The notes below the pieces were generated by a model. That model ran no database searches and had not been told where the DNA came from. It saw nothing but the letters and a program-made list of their open reading frames with translations. A program made the position numbers and the translations under genes. Below are positions 1 to 13,199 of a DNA stretch of 64,000 nucleotides, piece after piece. Numbering within the stretch: position 1 is the first letter of the stretch; every line of letters starts with the position of its first letter. The stretch spans positions 40,982,001 through 41,046,000 of the forward strand of contig NC_043010.1 in the NCBI RefSeq assembly GCF_006345805.1, read 5' to 3'. This stretch comes from Octopus sinensis. Its lineage: Eukaryota.

Positions 1-999
1 TGAGAGAGTTTACATTAGATTGCCAGGTTAGTCCTGAATCTGTAGTGTTCCTCATAGAAAAAATGGAATCTATATTGGACAAGATGGCGTATATATTGTT
101 TTGAAATGAGGAACGGAGCGAAGAGGTCAGCTCAGACATATGTCATTAGTCTTAATTCCACAATATTTTGGACGAAGGGACTGAGGAGTCGCCGTAACAA
201 ATATCGTTGATGACTTTCGTTCGTGATTCTTAGTTACATTTGTAGCTCAACGAGGGCAGATTGGATAGTACCGATGGGCCCTTTAGTTGTCGGGTAAATT
301 CTTTCTTTCAACATGTTGGCCATCATAACACCACATGACTTCAAAACGATCCCAGACTAGTCCTTTGTAGGGGGTACAAAAGAGAAAAGCTTCTGGTTGT
401 TCAGAACGGAAAAACAACCCGCTACTTATGAAAGTAAGAGTGTCTCTATTCAGAAATACTGAAGAATCCTAAACAAAAGCAACTGCAATTGGAGGACATG
501 GAGGCTGCTCTTTGCGTGACCCTACCCGACACGACTCCAAAAGCATCGAAGAATATCACCACGTCCTTCGTTCGAGATGACCAAGAGGCCGATTGAAAGC
601 GAGCACAAGGAGTGGGAGGTTGCTAAGGACAGCATAGAGGGCAAGGAAAGAATCAAATACACTTCGAGATGAGGCAAGCAAACGGTTTAAGAAGCCACCT
701 CCACCCGCATCGAAAAAGAGCTCACGGTTCTTCACAAAACAAATGAACTGATGGAATTCTTAAATGAATAGAAGAAAGACGAAGGCTGTTGCAATGTGCT
801 GAATGTGGAGGATTAAAGTGAGATTATCAAGAACAGCTATATGATAAGCTGCTAGCAAAAAATCTGCCCCACCAGATTTTTACTCTTTTACTGGTTTAAG
901 CCTTTCAAAGTGGCTATGCTGGGGCACCGCAACTGTTGTTGCTAGGCTTTTAATAGCCCTCCCTCTTGGGTTGCTTTTGGTGAATGAGAGAGTGAAGTG

Positions 1000-1140
1000 T
1001 TGCTATCATCATTTGCATTTCTTGCCACGGGGGACGTTCATCTCGAATCTTAGAGAATAGGAATTCCAGTTATCTCTTGAAAGCATCCACATTCACACCA
1101 TGTAGGTATCTCAAGTTTTTGACAGAATATAGAAGGCCAG
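1000..1140 (-). mobile_element. Decayed 3' end of a CR1/L2-type LINE reverse transcriptase ORF
   Basis: The minus strand translates to LRYLHGVNVDAFKR*LEFLFSKIRDERPPWQEMQMMIA, resembling the recalled C-terminal ...VDVFKRKLDLFLSKIPDEP... of CR1/L2 LINEs; contains a stop. Confidence 0.45.
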
Positions 1141-1560
1141 TGCTATTTCCTCCTGCAGGTGTGAGATTTCTCGTTCAGTTTCACAAAATTATGAACAAAA
1201 CATTCATAAAATTCGCTCTTACATTATTAATATAGATTTTTCTAAAGCCTTAAATTATATGTCCAGAACACCTGCGATGTACCTAGACATCTTTTTCCGT
1301 ACACCATTTACAAGCCACTGACAGAACGATTTCTAACTGTATTTGTTTAATGACTTTAATCGCATAAATAGCTTCTAAATCATCGTCATTAACGCTTTTA
1401 TAAAGGATCATGCTCTTCTGCAAATTTAGAACGTTGGGGGAAAATGTAATTCCCCGTTTTTAAATCGATATGTGTTTTATAGGAGAGAATTTTGCGATGA
1501 AAATGCACTGGTTGAGCTATTACTCCTACCTATTTATATTGCTTAATGCTTTAGTCAAAT

Positions 1561-1602
1561 GAGATAGAGAGAGAGATAGATATATAGAGATATAGAGATA
1601 TA

Positions 1603-1660
<58 letters not shown>
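1561..1660. repeat. Compound (GA)/(TA)/(GA) microsatellite
   Basis: Direct reading. Confidence 0.95.
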
Positions 1661-2849
1661 TAGGACTCTTTTCCTCCCATTATACTTCTCCCCGCTTCTA
1701 TCTCTCTTCCCCTCCCTCTCTCTCCGTCCTCTCTCTCAGCTTCACCCCCTACATCTCCAGGAACAAGTACTCTGTTACACTTTGAGGATTTCTACCACCA
1801 TCAAAACTAAATGTCAACAATACGATCTATTGCTGCTGCTGCTGCTGCTGTTGTTACACATATGCTGCTGTTGCAGTTGTTGTTGCTGTTGTTACTGCTA
1901 GCGATGATAATGAAAACGATATCAGTGATGGTGGCGGTAGCAGGAAATCTCTTGTGACTCAGCAAAAACTTGATAAGTGACCAGACATTGATAAACCAAC
2001 GGCCTATAACACTAGTTCTTCGTGGTGCCATTAGCGACTACTACTATTTCAGAGCTAGTGTCATCAATTATAGATATTACGCTATGGCTGTTTCTAAAAA
2101 CAGTCATTAATTATTTGATATGGCAATTAGGTTAAAAGGAATGAAATAGATGCGTTAATTCGATCTCAAGTGACTTTACTATTGACATAAATCGTTTCTA
2201 TCTTGAGATGTTAGCAAGAGCACCGTTGACGTATGAAATTCGCGGTAGGTTAGGTTTGCGAAGAGCCGTGCCGGCGACCCAGTTTCAACTACTGACTATC
2301 GCTTTTCTGTTTGGTTTTTACTTTTTCTTTTTTTTAGATTCAGTTCATCCCTGGTCTAATATTTCAGTGATCAAAGGCGTTCCAGTCGAGACAATCCCGT
2401 CCTTTTTTCAGAAGCAACACACCCAAAACTGCATGCAGTTTCTTTTTTCAAGATGGTAGAATGTAATTTCAGAGACAGATAGACAAACAGACAGACAGGT
2501 AGAAAGGGAGCGTGTTGCTATTTCTGACAGATCGAGCCCTTGTGTAGAGGCAGCTTTGTTGTTTTTGTTTAATCCCTGATCAGGCGGCCCTGAACCTCCT
2601 GTATTTTATTCGGTATATCTAACACCATATTATCCATTGATGTCTGGGTATGGTTTGAGTGAAAACTTACTGCTATTTCTAGTAGGTGGTGTGGTCACAT
2701 ACATGCTTTCTTGTTAGGACGTTTAGGCTTCTGAATATTTCCAAAACATCTCCAGACTCCTCAAAATTCTAATCACTGCTTCAACATGAAACGAAGGTTT
2801 GATGTTAAAGCAACCTCACACATACATGTAGAGAATTATTAGATTGTAG

Positions 2850-3215
2850 GCACAGTCATGCAGTCAAGAAATTCACTTTAAAACCACATGGTTATGGGTT
2901 CAGGCCCACTTCACGGCACCTTGGACAAATGTCTTCTGCTACAGTCCCGGGCCGACCTACGCCTTGGGTGAATTTGGTAGACGGAAACTGTATTGATGAT
3001 CGTCGCATATGTGTGTGTGTGTTCGTCCCCACCCCATCACACTGTTTGACGACCGATGTTGGGTTGTTTACCTTCCCATGACTTATTATATCGTTTTCTT
3101 TTGCCGAGCCACTTAGTACCTTGCTTCAAAAATAGTACTAGGGCCGATTTGTTCAGCTAAAGCATTCAAGGCAGTGTCCAACATGGACGCCGTGACTGAA
3201 ACATGTAAATGATAA
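2850..3215 (+). mobile_element. tRNA-derived SINE, family A (diverged copy)
   Basis: AACCACATGGTTATGGGTTCAGGCCCACT...GGTAGACGGAAACTG... and tail ...GACTGAAACATGTAAA, homologous to the well-preserved copy at 40387-40790. Confidence 0.75.
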
Positions 3216-3576
3216 AAATGGCCGTTTGAAAATACAAAATCTGAAGAACAAGAATAAAGCTATAACCGAATAATATGTAAACTAGCAGCACTTTTGGATA
3301 TTACACAGTCATTTTGAAAATTGTAAGATGGAATTGTACATTTTTTCTGAAGTATCTGATTTTGGGGATGATGTAAAAATTCAAATAGGTTGTATTTAAG
3401 ATTCAATCTCAAGTAACATCTCAGAAGGCTATATTACGTCTTCTAATTTGTGAGTTATCTCAAGAAGTAAACAAACATCACGGCACAAGATTGAAAGCAT
3501 TGTCTATGTTATTCTGCTGCTGTACGTTGGTAAAGTTTTAGCGAATCTTAACACGATTATTTAAAAAGACTATAAG

Positions 3577-4016
3577 ATTAATAGTTATCGCCATACTAAT
3601 ATGGCAATCTTATAAATATAAGACTAAAGCTGTCGATGATTAGCTCCAAGAGGCCACCGCCTCAAGCTAGCTATTTGACACACAATCTGTGTCCATTATA
3701 AACTTTCGAACAGGGGAGGTCAGCCGCTTCATCCTGCTAGTCAGACAGCTGCAGACGCGTTTCAGGGTAGTTGCCCTTTATCGATGCAGTGTAGTCAGAC
3801 CCAGCAGGTGTCGCTACTGACTGTCCCTGTTCGAAGAATCTATTTACCTAGTTTCGGTGGAATACATCCACTTGTTTTCAATAATAGAAATATTAAAATT
3901 ACTAAGTCTCTCTAAAGAAGATTACGGCAGCGTTACTGGAAATTAATAGTTATCGCCATACTAATATGGCAATCTTATAAATATAAGACTAAAGCTGTCG
4001 ATGATTAGCTCCAAGA
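3577..4016 (-). mobile_element. Penelope-like terminal-repeat remnant bounded by a perfect 75-bp direct repeat and containing a decayed hammerhead motif
   Basis: 3577-3651 is identical to 3942-4016. Between them the minus strand reads CTGCA-TCGATAA-AGGGCAACTACCCT-GAAA-CGCGTC-TGCAG (3789-3749). Confidence 0.55.
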
Positions 4017-7000
4017 AGTTTTAACAGAACCATGCAATATATAATTTCTTTTAAAATTGTAGTTCTGTTCTTGAGATGCTGTAAAGATAGTAATAAACAT
4101 GCAGCTGTAAGAGAAAACTGTATTCATGGTTATACATTTCTCATTTTTTTTTCTACCTTGAGAGTTATCTATTACTTTAATCAAATAATAGCGGCAATCC
4201 CTTTGTCCTGGGAAGGGTACTGAATTTGCGACACATCTTAATTACCAGCACTGACAATACAGTACAATATAGCAATGCTGTTTTCAGCAGCATAACCTAG
4301 TGCCTTGTATACCATATCATCGGCTTCCGAGCAAGACTTTTCAAGTTGCAGGCTTCATTATGGCTACCAGAAGAAATATTGCTGTGAATCCCCCAAAGAA
4401 AGCATGTGAAACTGTATGTATCATTCTCAACCTCTGGTGTAGGGTCACACTTTTACAAGCCGTAATTTACAACTCCCATCTCTTCACCAAGATTGTAGCA
4501 ACATGTGAGGCAGTCAAAAACAAACAAAAAAGTAGAATAGCAATAGAAATGGGTGAAGAGGACTAGCAACTTCAACGGAAAAACTTGCACCGTAAATGGA
4601 AAAGTATGCTGCCGTCAATAAGAAATCACGAGCTTTCAACGGCAAATCTCGTGCCGTTTGTTAGCGTAATGAGTATCTCTTATCCCTCCTGTTTGAGGAC
4701 GTTTTCTGGCTCATAGCTGAAGAGGAACTCTATAAAAGGTCGCTCGATGTTTCACACAACCGTCTTAATATAGTTCTACATACCCCTGAAAATAAATATG
4801 AGACAGTCACAGAACGAAAGCTAACTGATCACAGCTGATCTCAAGTTAAACAGTAACAACAATATTTCTGGCTCTAAACAGCCCTGTCGTTCATCTCTTC
4901 ATTTCCACTGCACGTCTTAGATCCCCCACTTTATAGATATTTCGTTAAATCATTCCAGTTCGTATTGAGCATATTCGAAAAGGTTATTCTGATTAGACCA
5001 CGGAAATATGAAATGATAAATCAATTTGTGTAAGATTTGAATGCAGATTTTGAAAATAGGTAACTAAATATCGAAAAAGTGTTGTTTCTTATTACATCTG
5101 TTGACAAAAGGTACATAGTCATGCTCAGTTATAAAACACTGCAACTAGGTTTTCATACCTCGTATCAATATTGAACATACCATTTTTAACGACTGTTTCT
5201 CACTTTTGTGGAGGTCTTGGGCACAATTCAGTGGGCAGTTACATATTTCCCTGTTATCTGAGCCATTTTTCGTTAAGTAATTCGTAACTGAACAGAATGT
5301 GTTCTCAGATTCGCAGGTGTTTGGGGATTTAACCATGAACAGCGCAAATACCTTCACTGCAATACTCAAGAAAAGTTGTTTTTGTTGTCTAACTCCAGAC
5401 CAACTCACTCAGCCCAAGCAGTGCTATGAAAAAGAAAGTCTTACTTTCAGACAAAAGTATAAAGGACTTCGTCACACTCACACAATCACATACACGTGGA
5501 TCTTTAACGAAATATTCTCAGCAAGAAATAACATTGTACTGCATATGACAATAATGCCATGCTGTTATCGCGTAAATGGCTGAATATCCAATATATGTAT
5601 ATATCATTGTGTCGAACCCGCGATATGGAGTGAACCAGTAATGTAAAGGGTCAGCCTTGTTACACACACACAGCATCATACTGATTCTGTTTCTGAATTC
5701 AATTTCCGTTTACTAATTCCATTCGCAAATTAAAGTTGAGTCAATCTTTAGGGCAGTGGTCACTTCTACAAGCTTCCACTTAGTGGAAAGGATCGAATCC
5801 TTGATTTCATGATTGCATAGGAAACTCCAAATATTCAGTCGTATTGATCAACACCCTTCCTCATTTGTCACCACACAGACGGGTACAGACACACGCACAC
5901 AAAGATTCACACACATACGGGCATGAATGTAATCACAGACGAACGTTTATGAACGCATACATACTCATACACACGGTCGTATACAAACAGACAGACAAAA
6001 GCAGCTGTTTTTGTTTCGTTGTTATTTGCGAGTTTCTGATAAATAGACACTGACAAACAGATTAATATATATTTTCATGTTGCCAGTTGGAACACTGAAA
6101 TCGAATCTCATAATCGTTTATTGTTGCAGAAGAGGGAAAAGTGAAAAAATGTGTGTGTGTGAGTAAAGAGAGGGCGGGAGATAGACAAACACAGCGGTAC
6201 AGACAGACAAAAAAAATCATATAGAGATATAAACAACTAATAAATACATTATGGCTGGAAATTAATGTTATATAGTATATATTGGAATCAAATACAAACC
6301 TAAGAGAATATCTCATGACTTCAACGAATTTTTTCCCTATCTGTCTATATTAAAGATGTGTGTGTGGTGTATACATACACATACAAGCATCATATATATG
6401 AATGTATGTATAGTCATTAGACCGTGGAATCCATGTAATTCTGTTTGTTTTATATATTCTCTATATTTGCCTCTCCCGTCGCCTATTTTGCTTCGTTTTT
6501 ATTTGATTCCTTGGCTGTCATCTGCCACTTCGCTCAAATCTGCATTTCTTCCCATCGTCGTAAATTGATGATTTGGTACTACGTAAAGTGAGTTCCAACT
6601 TCAAATTTTTGCGTCTAACGACGAAGTTTTCTTCATCATTTCCTATGCCAGACTGGTAATACCGTTGGAGCTCCAGGTCCCAAGCTTTGCTGTTTTTATT
6701 GTAGCTGAGTCTACTGTTACTGCTGAGATTGTGTAGCTCCTCATTGCAAAAAAATGCCTCCAAAATAGATCAGATATTCACAGGTGTAACGAATGAGTTT
6801 TGTGCCTCGCATCGATAGTCTCACTGCTCTTTGTTTTTGCAACTGCTCCAGCATGACCTTGTTTCCAACTTGTAAGATCATATTGACCCCTAACAACTAC
6901 ATGTCTCCGCATTCACCCCCTCCACATACTTGTATTGTGCTGGGTTCGCTTATTGTGGTTTGAACCTATGGACAAGTGGACATCGCACTATCCCTGTTTG

Positions 7001-8300
7001 TCGCTTCCTTGGGTCTTGAATACAGGACGGATATTTCCATGATTTTGCCTTGTTAATGGTTAACGCATTAGCTTTATATATCGACCAAGATATCCTTCAG
7101 ATATTCCTTTGAGGTTACGATGAAAGCAGAACCAACCTACTCTCCGCGAGTCAGAAATGTCTCACTTTTCATCTTAATCATTCTTAGATTAATTTGGTGG
7201 GCAAGAATAGTCATTCTTCTCGGATACACCACCACAATGTCTTAATTTTGTTTTCTTGTTCACTCTTCTCTACGCCCACAAAATCTTTTGAACAAACATC
7301 GTTCACAATTCTGTTTCTGGAAGCTGTTATTGCTTGCATTTTCTTCGCAAATGCGCAAATGTTTAAATCAATATTGTCACTCTTTTCCGTCAAAATGTTA
7401 TAGTTTTTCTTCATTGCTGTACGTTCAGTAACGTTAGCTTTCCTCCATTTTTTTTTTAAATATGTATTAATATTTTTTCTTTCAAAAAGTTTTAACTGAA
7501 GGATTTATTCTCATGCTTTTGTTTATGTTAATGCCAGCACATTTGGTTTGAGCAGTTTTTCCCCAAAGGAAACCATCTTGAAATATGATTATGCAAAACA
7601 AATTGAACAAAATGTGTTGAAAATGTATTCTATCTTCTCCCTGACAAAAAGAAAAACAGACTCTCTTCTTTGTCATAACGCCATGCGACGAAACAAAATA
7701 ATTCTCCAATTAGAAATATCCAGCATATTTCACTTCCAAACACGGGAATGATACGGAGCATAACTTTCCAAGACATGAAATAACAAAAATACAAATAATA
7801 ATCATCGTTTTTGATATTGGTACAAAGTGAGAATTTAGGGAAAGAGTTTAATCAGATGAAAGGCAAAGCTGAGCTCGACAGTTTTCGAACTCAGAATATA
7901 TGCATTGTCAAATGATTATACCAAATCACTTCCCTTCGATAATTCTTCACATAGGCTCAAGATAACAACTTTTGGATGGGCGAGAAGGTTAGTCATTTAA
8001 ATCTTGCCCGATACCTTATTTTATCGGCCCTGGAAAAATAAAAAGCGAATTTGAATCTTGGCAGGATTAGAACTGAAAGAGTAAAGAACCGAAACAAACC
8101 ACGAAGCATTTTCTCCGACGTTATAACCACTGTAATTTCCTCATAAATTGATTTCCTGTTTCGTCTTAACGACTTCTTTCCAAGATGTATTCTTACTAAT
8201 GTAACAATGTTATGAATGAAACGATGAAATGGCGATTATAGAGAATGACCAATGTCTGTGTCTTCTGTACAACTCAATAAAGCTCAGCAGAAACAATGCA

Positions 8301-8393
8301 GTCACTGACATATGGCACTGGATATTTTATTTCCCGTCAAGCCTAATGGTTTGACGGGAAATTAAGTATCCAATGCCATATGTCAGTAATGAC
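8301..8393. repeat. Short inverted repeat (about 40-bp arms), MITE-like hairpin
   Basis: GTCACTGACATATGGCACTGGATA...TTCCCGTCAA / TTGACGGGAA...TATCCAATGCCATATGTCAGTAATGAC with a 10-nt loop. Confidence 0.85.
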
Positions 8394-8944
8394 TAATATC
8401 ATTGGTTAGTTTAAGTAGAGCTTGGTTAGGTTCGGTTGCATTAGGTTAGATTTATTGTGCTTAGTTAAGCTAGGCTTCGTGAGGTCTCTACAAAATATGG
8501 CTTACTGCTTTGTAATAAACGTGTAATCAATATTATTTCAGAGTTGTGCATTTCTATCAGGTTACTTGATTTGAGGTCGTGTGTTGAAATAAAATCAATT
8601 ACATTGTAAAAGAGTCGTTTTAACCATTTAAAACACATAAAAATCGAATTCACTTTCCGTTTATTTCCTGAATTGTGCAAACTGTGGGGGGCATATCAGT
8701 GACTACTTTGCAGGAGAGCGACCAAAGTTTTGATATCTCAAAAAATAAATGAAAACTGCATTTAACAGTCCTTGTGGTGTTTTATATGAGTAAAATTGTT
8801 CTACGATGTAATTAATAACTAAATTCATCTCCTGTAATAATCATTTTCAATCAACAAGTTTGTGAAAAACACTCAAAGCTGTGTAGTTAAGATGGTTTCA
8901 CATTTCGAAAAGAAATTGGTATTACTAAACGGGAAAGTAAAATA

Positions 8945-9460
8945 GAATAGTTCGGCAAATACATTAAAGCGTCGGGAAATGCTTTGCAATATTTGTTCTA
9001 GTCCTCTAGGTTTCGAGTTCAGATCCAGCCGAGGTCAACTTTGTCTCATATTTTCCCGGGGTTGATAAAATAATGCATCAGTCACACAATGAAATAGCTC
9101 CTTCTCCGGACAATTTATAACTTAATGCTCATAGAAGTAGAAGTAGTAGTAGTAGTAATTGAAGAGTAGTATGTGAGCGGACTGGAACGCTGAAGCGTCG
9201 GGAAAAAATTACCACACAACATTTTATTACATCCTGAATCCAAGTCCTGCTGTGGTCAACTTTGCCTTTCAGCCCCCTCCCCAAAAATTTCAGGCCTTTT
9301 ACCTATAGTATAAAGGATCATCATCATCATTATTATTATTAAAGTGGCGGCCTGGCTGAATCGTCAGCATGCTGGACAAAATGCTTAGTGGCGCTCCTTC
9401 TGTCTTTACATTCCGAGTTCAAATTCCACCGAGATTGACTATTCTTTTCACCTTCCATTT
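8945..9460 (+). mobile_element. Three head-to-tail degenerate copies of SINE family B
   Basis: Repeated AAATGCTT...GAGTTCAAAT...GGTCAACTTTG motif, with units separated by (AGT)n, (ATC)n and (ATT)n tails; homologous to 37231-38190. Confidence 0.65.
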
Positions 9461-9504
9461 TAATGCGAAATTATTAAAAAAAACAAAACAAAAAAGACAT
9501 TAGT

Positions 9505-9835
9505 CGTAGGAATGTCTGTGTGGTAAGTAGCTTGCTTACCAACCACATGGTTTCCGGTTCAGTTTAACTGTGTGGCACCTTGGGCAAGTGTCTTCCACTA
9601 TAGCCTCGAGCCGACCAAATCCTTGTGAGTGGATTTGGTAGACGGAAACTGAAAAGAGGCCCGTCGTATATATGTATATGTGTGCTTGTGTGTCTGTGTT
9701 TGCCCCCCCCCCACATCGCTTGACAACTAATTTAAGTACCAGATTTTATGAAAACAAGCCAACTGAAATCGATCCGTTCCACTAAAGCCCTTGAAGCCTT
9801 TGCCCTAGCACAGCTACGATTCAACGACAGAAACG
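9505..9835 (+). mobile_element. tRNA-derived SINE, family A
   Basis: GTGGTAAGTAGCTTGCTTACCAACCACATGG...GGATTTGGTAGACGGAAACTGAAA, near-identical to the copy at 40387. Confidence 0.85.
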
Positions 9836-10755
9836 GGTGCGTGTATATATATATATATATATATACACACACATAGGTATTTACATATACCCACGCATAT
9901 ATTCGTATTTAAGGAGAAAACTGCTTATTAAGTATTCGGAATTATATATACATATACTAAAAAGCAAGCATTGAAACCTACATTGCTAAGAATTCTTAAA
10001 GATTGCAGTTTTAATATATTTTTATCAAAATATGATTTCCAAGTTTGTTTTCAGCTCTTTATTTTTTTAAATCTTACACTGCGTGTAAACATATAACTCC
10101 ATTTACTCTTTTTCTACCTCTTCTTTAAATATTTCCGATAGTTAATTCCTTTGCTGCGACTCCCACTGTTCCTGTTATCCTCTCTCATGTAATGAATCGC
10201 AATATAAAAATAAATATCATTTCTGTAGTTGTAGGTTTATATAGGAAAGTAATAGTAAAATTTATAAATATATATGTATAAGAAATAAGCTATACAATCA
10301 CATGTCATAACCAACAGTACGTTTTTCAATTTCCAGTACGTCCCCTAACATTTTTATGGTATCTTTATAAAAAACACTTTGAATATCAGACATTCTGCGT
10401 CTGCAATCTGCAATTTTTTAAATAAAAATTTTTTTTTAATGTGTTTCGTTTCTATTTGAAGTGTGTAAATATATACTTTGTTTGCTTTGGAAACAGTTTG
10501 TTTTAGTTTCAGATAATTTAAAAGATCTATTTCAGTTCGAATTTATGACAGATAAAGTGTAATTACGAATACATTCATACATTTCAAATGCGATTGAAAT
10601 ATATATCATTCAAAGCAAAGCATAAACAAAATGTATTTATACACGTATGCTTTCAATGCAAACGAAATATATTTAAAAACAAGACAAAATAGATTCATGC
10701 ACTACTGTATCAAAAAATAGATTTAGAGACAACTTTCGATACAACATTTTCAACT

Positions 10756-10959
10756 TTAACCTTTAAGGATTTAAAGCGGCCATATCAGGCCCAAATATTT
10801 TATCTGTTTTATGTTCAAAATGGCCAGGTCTGGCACGTCGCACCTAACCTGCAATGTTATTCTAAAAATAAACAATCACATCATCAATATCTCAGAGCTA
10901 AAAGATGTGTGATAACAAGCATTAAATTTGACGGAGTAATCTGAATGCTAAAGGATTAA
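10756..10959. mobile_element. piggyBac-type MITE with TTAA target duplications
   Basis: TTAA at 10756-10759 and 10956-10959; imperfect TIRs CCTTTAAGGATTT and AATGCTAAAGGA. Confidence 0.7.
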
Positions 10960-11016
10960 CAACGTGAGTGGACGCTCCAAGCTATTTCTCGGTAATTTAC
11001 ACGCGTGCAACTAACG

Positions 11017-11043
11017 CAGAGAGAGAGAGAGAAATAGAGGGAA

Positions 11044-11102
<59 letters not shown>
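11017..11102. repeat. (GA)n microsatellite
   Basis: Direct reading. Confidence 0.95.
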
Positions 11103-11105
<3 letters not shown>

Positions 11106-11319
11106 CATACTTTGCCACAAAGGTGAAGAATATTTGGGGAAGGATTTGAGAGGTTAAACCTGAAATCATAATGGTTAAGATAAAATTGATTTCAACCAAC
11201 CCGCCACTAATCTGAACGCGATTTCTGGTTACCGGGAGGTAAGTTAAATGAACGGTGGATAATCTGAAATTGTTACCCCGACATAATTGCAAAAGATATA
11301 TACTTGAATCAAATTTGTT

Positions 11320-12159
11320 GGTATGGCTGTTTAATATGTTAGCCTAGCCGTTTAGTATGTTAGCCCAGCCGTTTAGTATGTTAGCCCAGCCGTTTAGTAT
11401 GTTAGTCCAGCCGTTTAGTACGTTAGCCAAGCCGTTTAGTACGTTAGCCAAGCCGTTTAGTACGTTAGCCAAGCCGTTTAGTACGTTAGCCTAGCCATTT
11501 AGTACGTTAGCCAAGCTGTTTAGTACGTTAGCCAAGCTGTTTAGTATGTTAGCCAAGCTGTTTAGTATGTTAGCCAAGCTGTTTAGTACGTTAGCCTAGT
11601 TGTTTAGTACGTTAGTATAGCTGTTTAATATGTTAGTATAGCTGTTTAGTACGTTAGCCAAGCTGTTTAGTACGTTAGCCAAGCCGTTTAGTACGTTAGC
11701 CCAGCCGTTTAGTATGTTAGTCCAGCTGTTTAGTACGTTAGCCAAGCCGTTTAGTACGTTAGCCAAGCCGTTTAGTACGTTAGCCAAGTCGTTTAGTACG
11801 TTAGCCAAGTCGTTTAGTACGTTAGCCAAGCCGTTTAGTACGTTAGCCAAGACGTTTAGTACGTTAGCCAAGCTGTTTAGTACGTTAGCCAAGCTGTTTA
11901 GTACGTTAGCCAAGCTGTTTAGTACGTTAGCCAAGCTGTTTAGTACGTTAGCCAAGCTGTTTAGTACGTTAGCCTAGCTGTTTAGTACGTTAGTATAGCT
12001 GTTTAGTACGTTAGCCAAGCTGTTTAGTACGTTAGCCAAGCTGTTTAGTACGTTAGCCAAGCTGTTTAGTATGTTAGCCAAGCTGTTTAGTACGTTAGCC
12101 AAGCTGTTTAGTACGTTAGCCTAGCTGTTTAGTACGTTAGTATAGCTGTTTAATATGTT
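11320..12159. repeat. 21-bp minisatellite (consensus TTAGCCAAGCTGTTTAGTACG), about 40 copies
   Basis: Direct reading; variant units (CCCAGCC, CCTAG, GTATAG) recur in blocks. Confidence 0.97.
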
Positions 12160-12379
12160 TGCTGGACATTGTTGTAGAGCTAAAAACGAAGCAATTTCCG
12201 CTCTTCTCCTCTGGAAGCCATCTACTCGCGATACCAGAGGGCGCACACTCTCCTACCCTGATGTAATCTCCAGGGATACAGGCATCCAGAAACAGGGCCT
12301 CCTTAATGCTATGATGAACCGTGAAGTCTGGCGTAGCATAGTAAATTCCATTGTCTCGACCACGGTCGAACAATAATGA
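12160..12379 (+). mobile_element. 5'-truncated RTE-type LINE 3' end with a 10-bp target-site duplication
   Basis: Encodes FAGHCCRAKNEAISALLLWKP...YPDVISRDTG...MMNREVWRS (FAGHC...W is typical of RTE ORF C-termini); short ATAATGAT tail; TTAATATGTT at both 12150-12159 and 12380-12389. Confidence 0.85.
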
Positions 12380-13199
12380 TTAATATGTTAGTATGTTATA
12401 ACAGAATTTGTTAGTATGGCCGTTTAGTACATTATAACAGAATTGAATTTTAATATTATACAGCTATGATTATCCGTTCACAAGGATGTGAATTTTCAAT
12501 GAAGCTAAAATAATAAGTAATACCTCTATATACAGTGGAATAAACTTATTGGAAGTTCTATGTACTTAGCAAATGACTAATCTATTACATATACTTTCGA
12601 ATGTAGGATATCTGGATTTCACGAAATGCAATTGTGGAATTCCTTAGAAACAAAATTTCCAGAGGACTTCTGTAAGATGTCTTTTTTGAAATCACAACAG
12701 AGCCATTCAGTTTCATTACTGTAAATTAAATGCTGCGTAGGTCCCCCAGACAAAATACATGCAATAACCTTACCTCGGTTTCTTTACTAAATTAAATAGA
12801 TGTTATGATAAACTAAAAATGTTCTCAATTATATGTGTATATGAGAATATCTGTATAAGGACTCCTAAATATATTTGTGTGTGTGTGAGTACGTGCATGT
12901 ATATACATGCGTACCTATATGTATGTGTATATATACATATATATATATGTATCTGTATAAGGACTCCTAAATATATTTATGTGTGTGTGTCAGTACGTGC
13001 ATGTATATACATGCGTGCCTATATATATGTATGTATGTGTATATAAATATGTTGCTACAGTCTAGGGAAACAACGCCGAGAAGGACATGAAATAAAATTA
13101 CATCAATCAACCATCACATCAGTGACTGTGCTCCAACTTGTCCACATTCTCTAGCAGGAACACGGCTATGGGCAAAACTATATACATACATATATATAT

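Noticed and set aside
1811-1957. 48-aa hydrophobic small ORF (MSTIRSIAAAAAAVVTHMLLLQLLLLLLLL...) resembling a signal peptide
   Set aside because: It is explained by (GCT)n and (GTT)n repeats; there is no convincing splice donor or downstream exon.
6500-7410. Possible LINE and mariner remnants on the minus strand (similar weak hints at 4200-4560, 41700-41920 and 59050-59250)
   Set aside because: Only fragmentary resemblance; no diagnostic motif that I could defend without an alignment.
11596-11977. ORFs (LANVLNS)n and (FSTLAKL)n as real coiled-coil proteins
   Set aside because: They are a by-product of a 21-bp period; CCTAG variants insert stops, and there is no unique N- or C-terminal domain or splice context.
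11320-12159. CRISPR-like array
   Set aside because: The units are contiguous with no unique spacers, the context is eukaryotic, and no cas genes are present.
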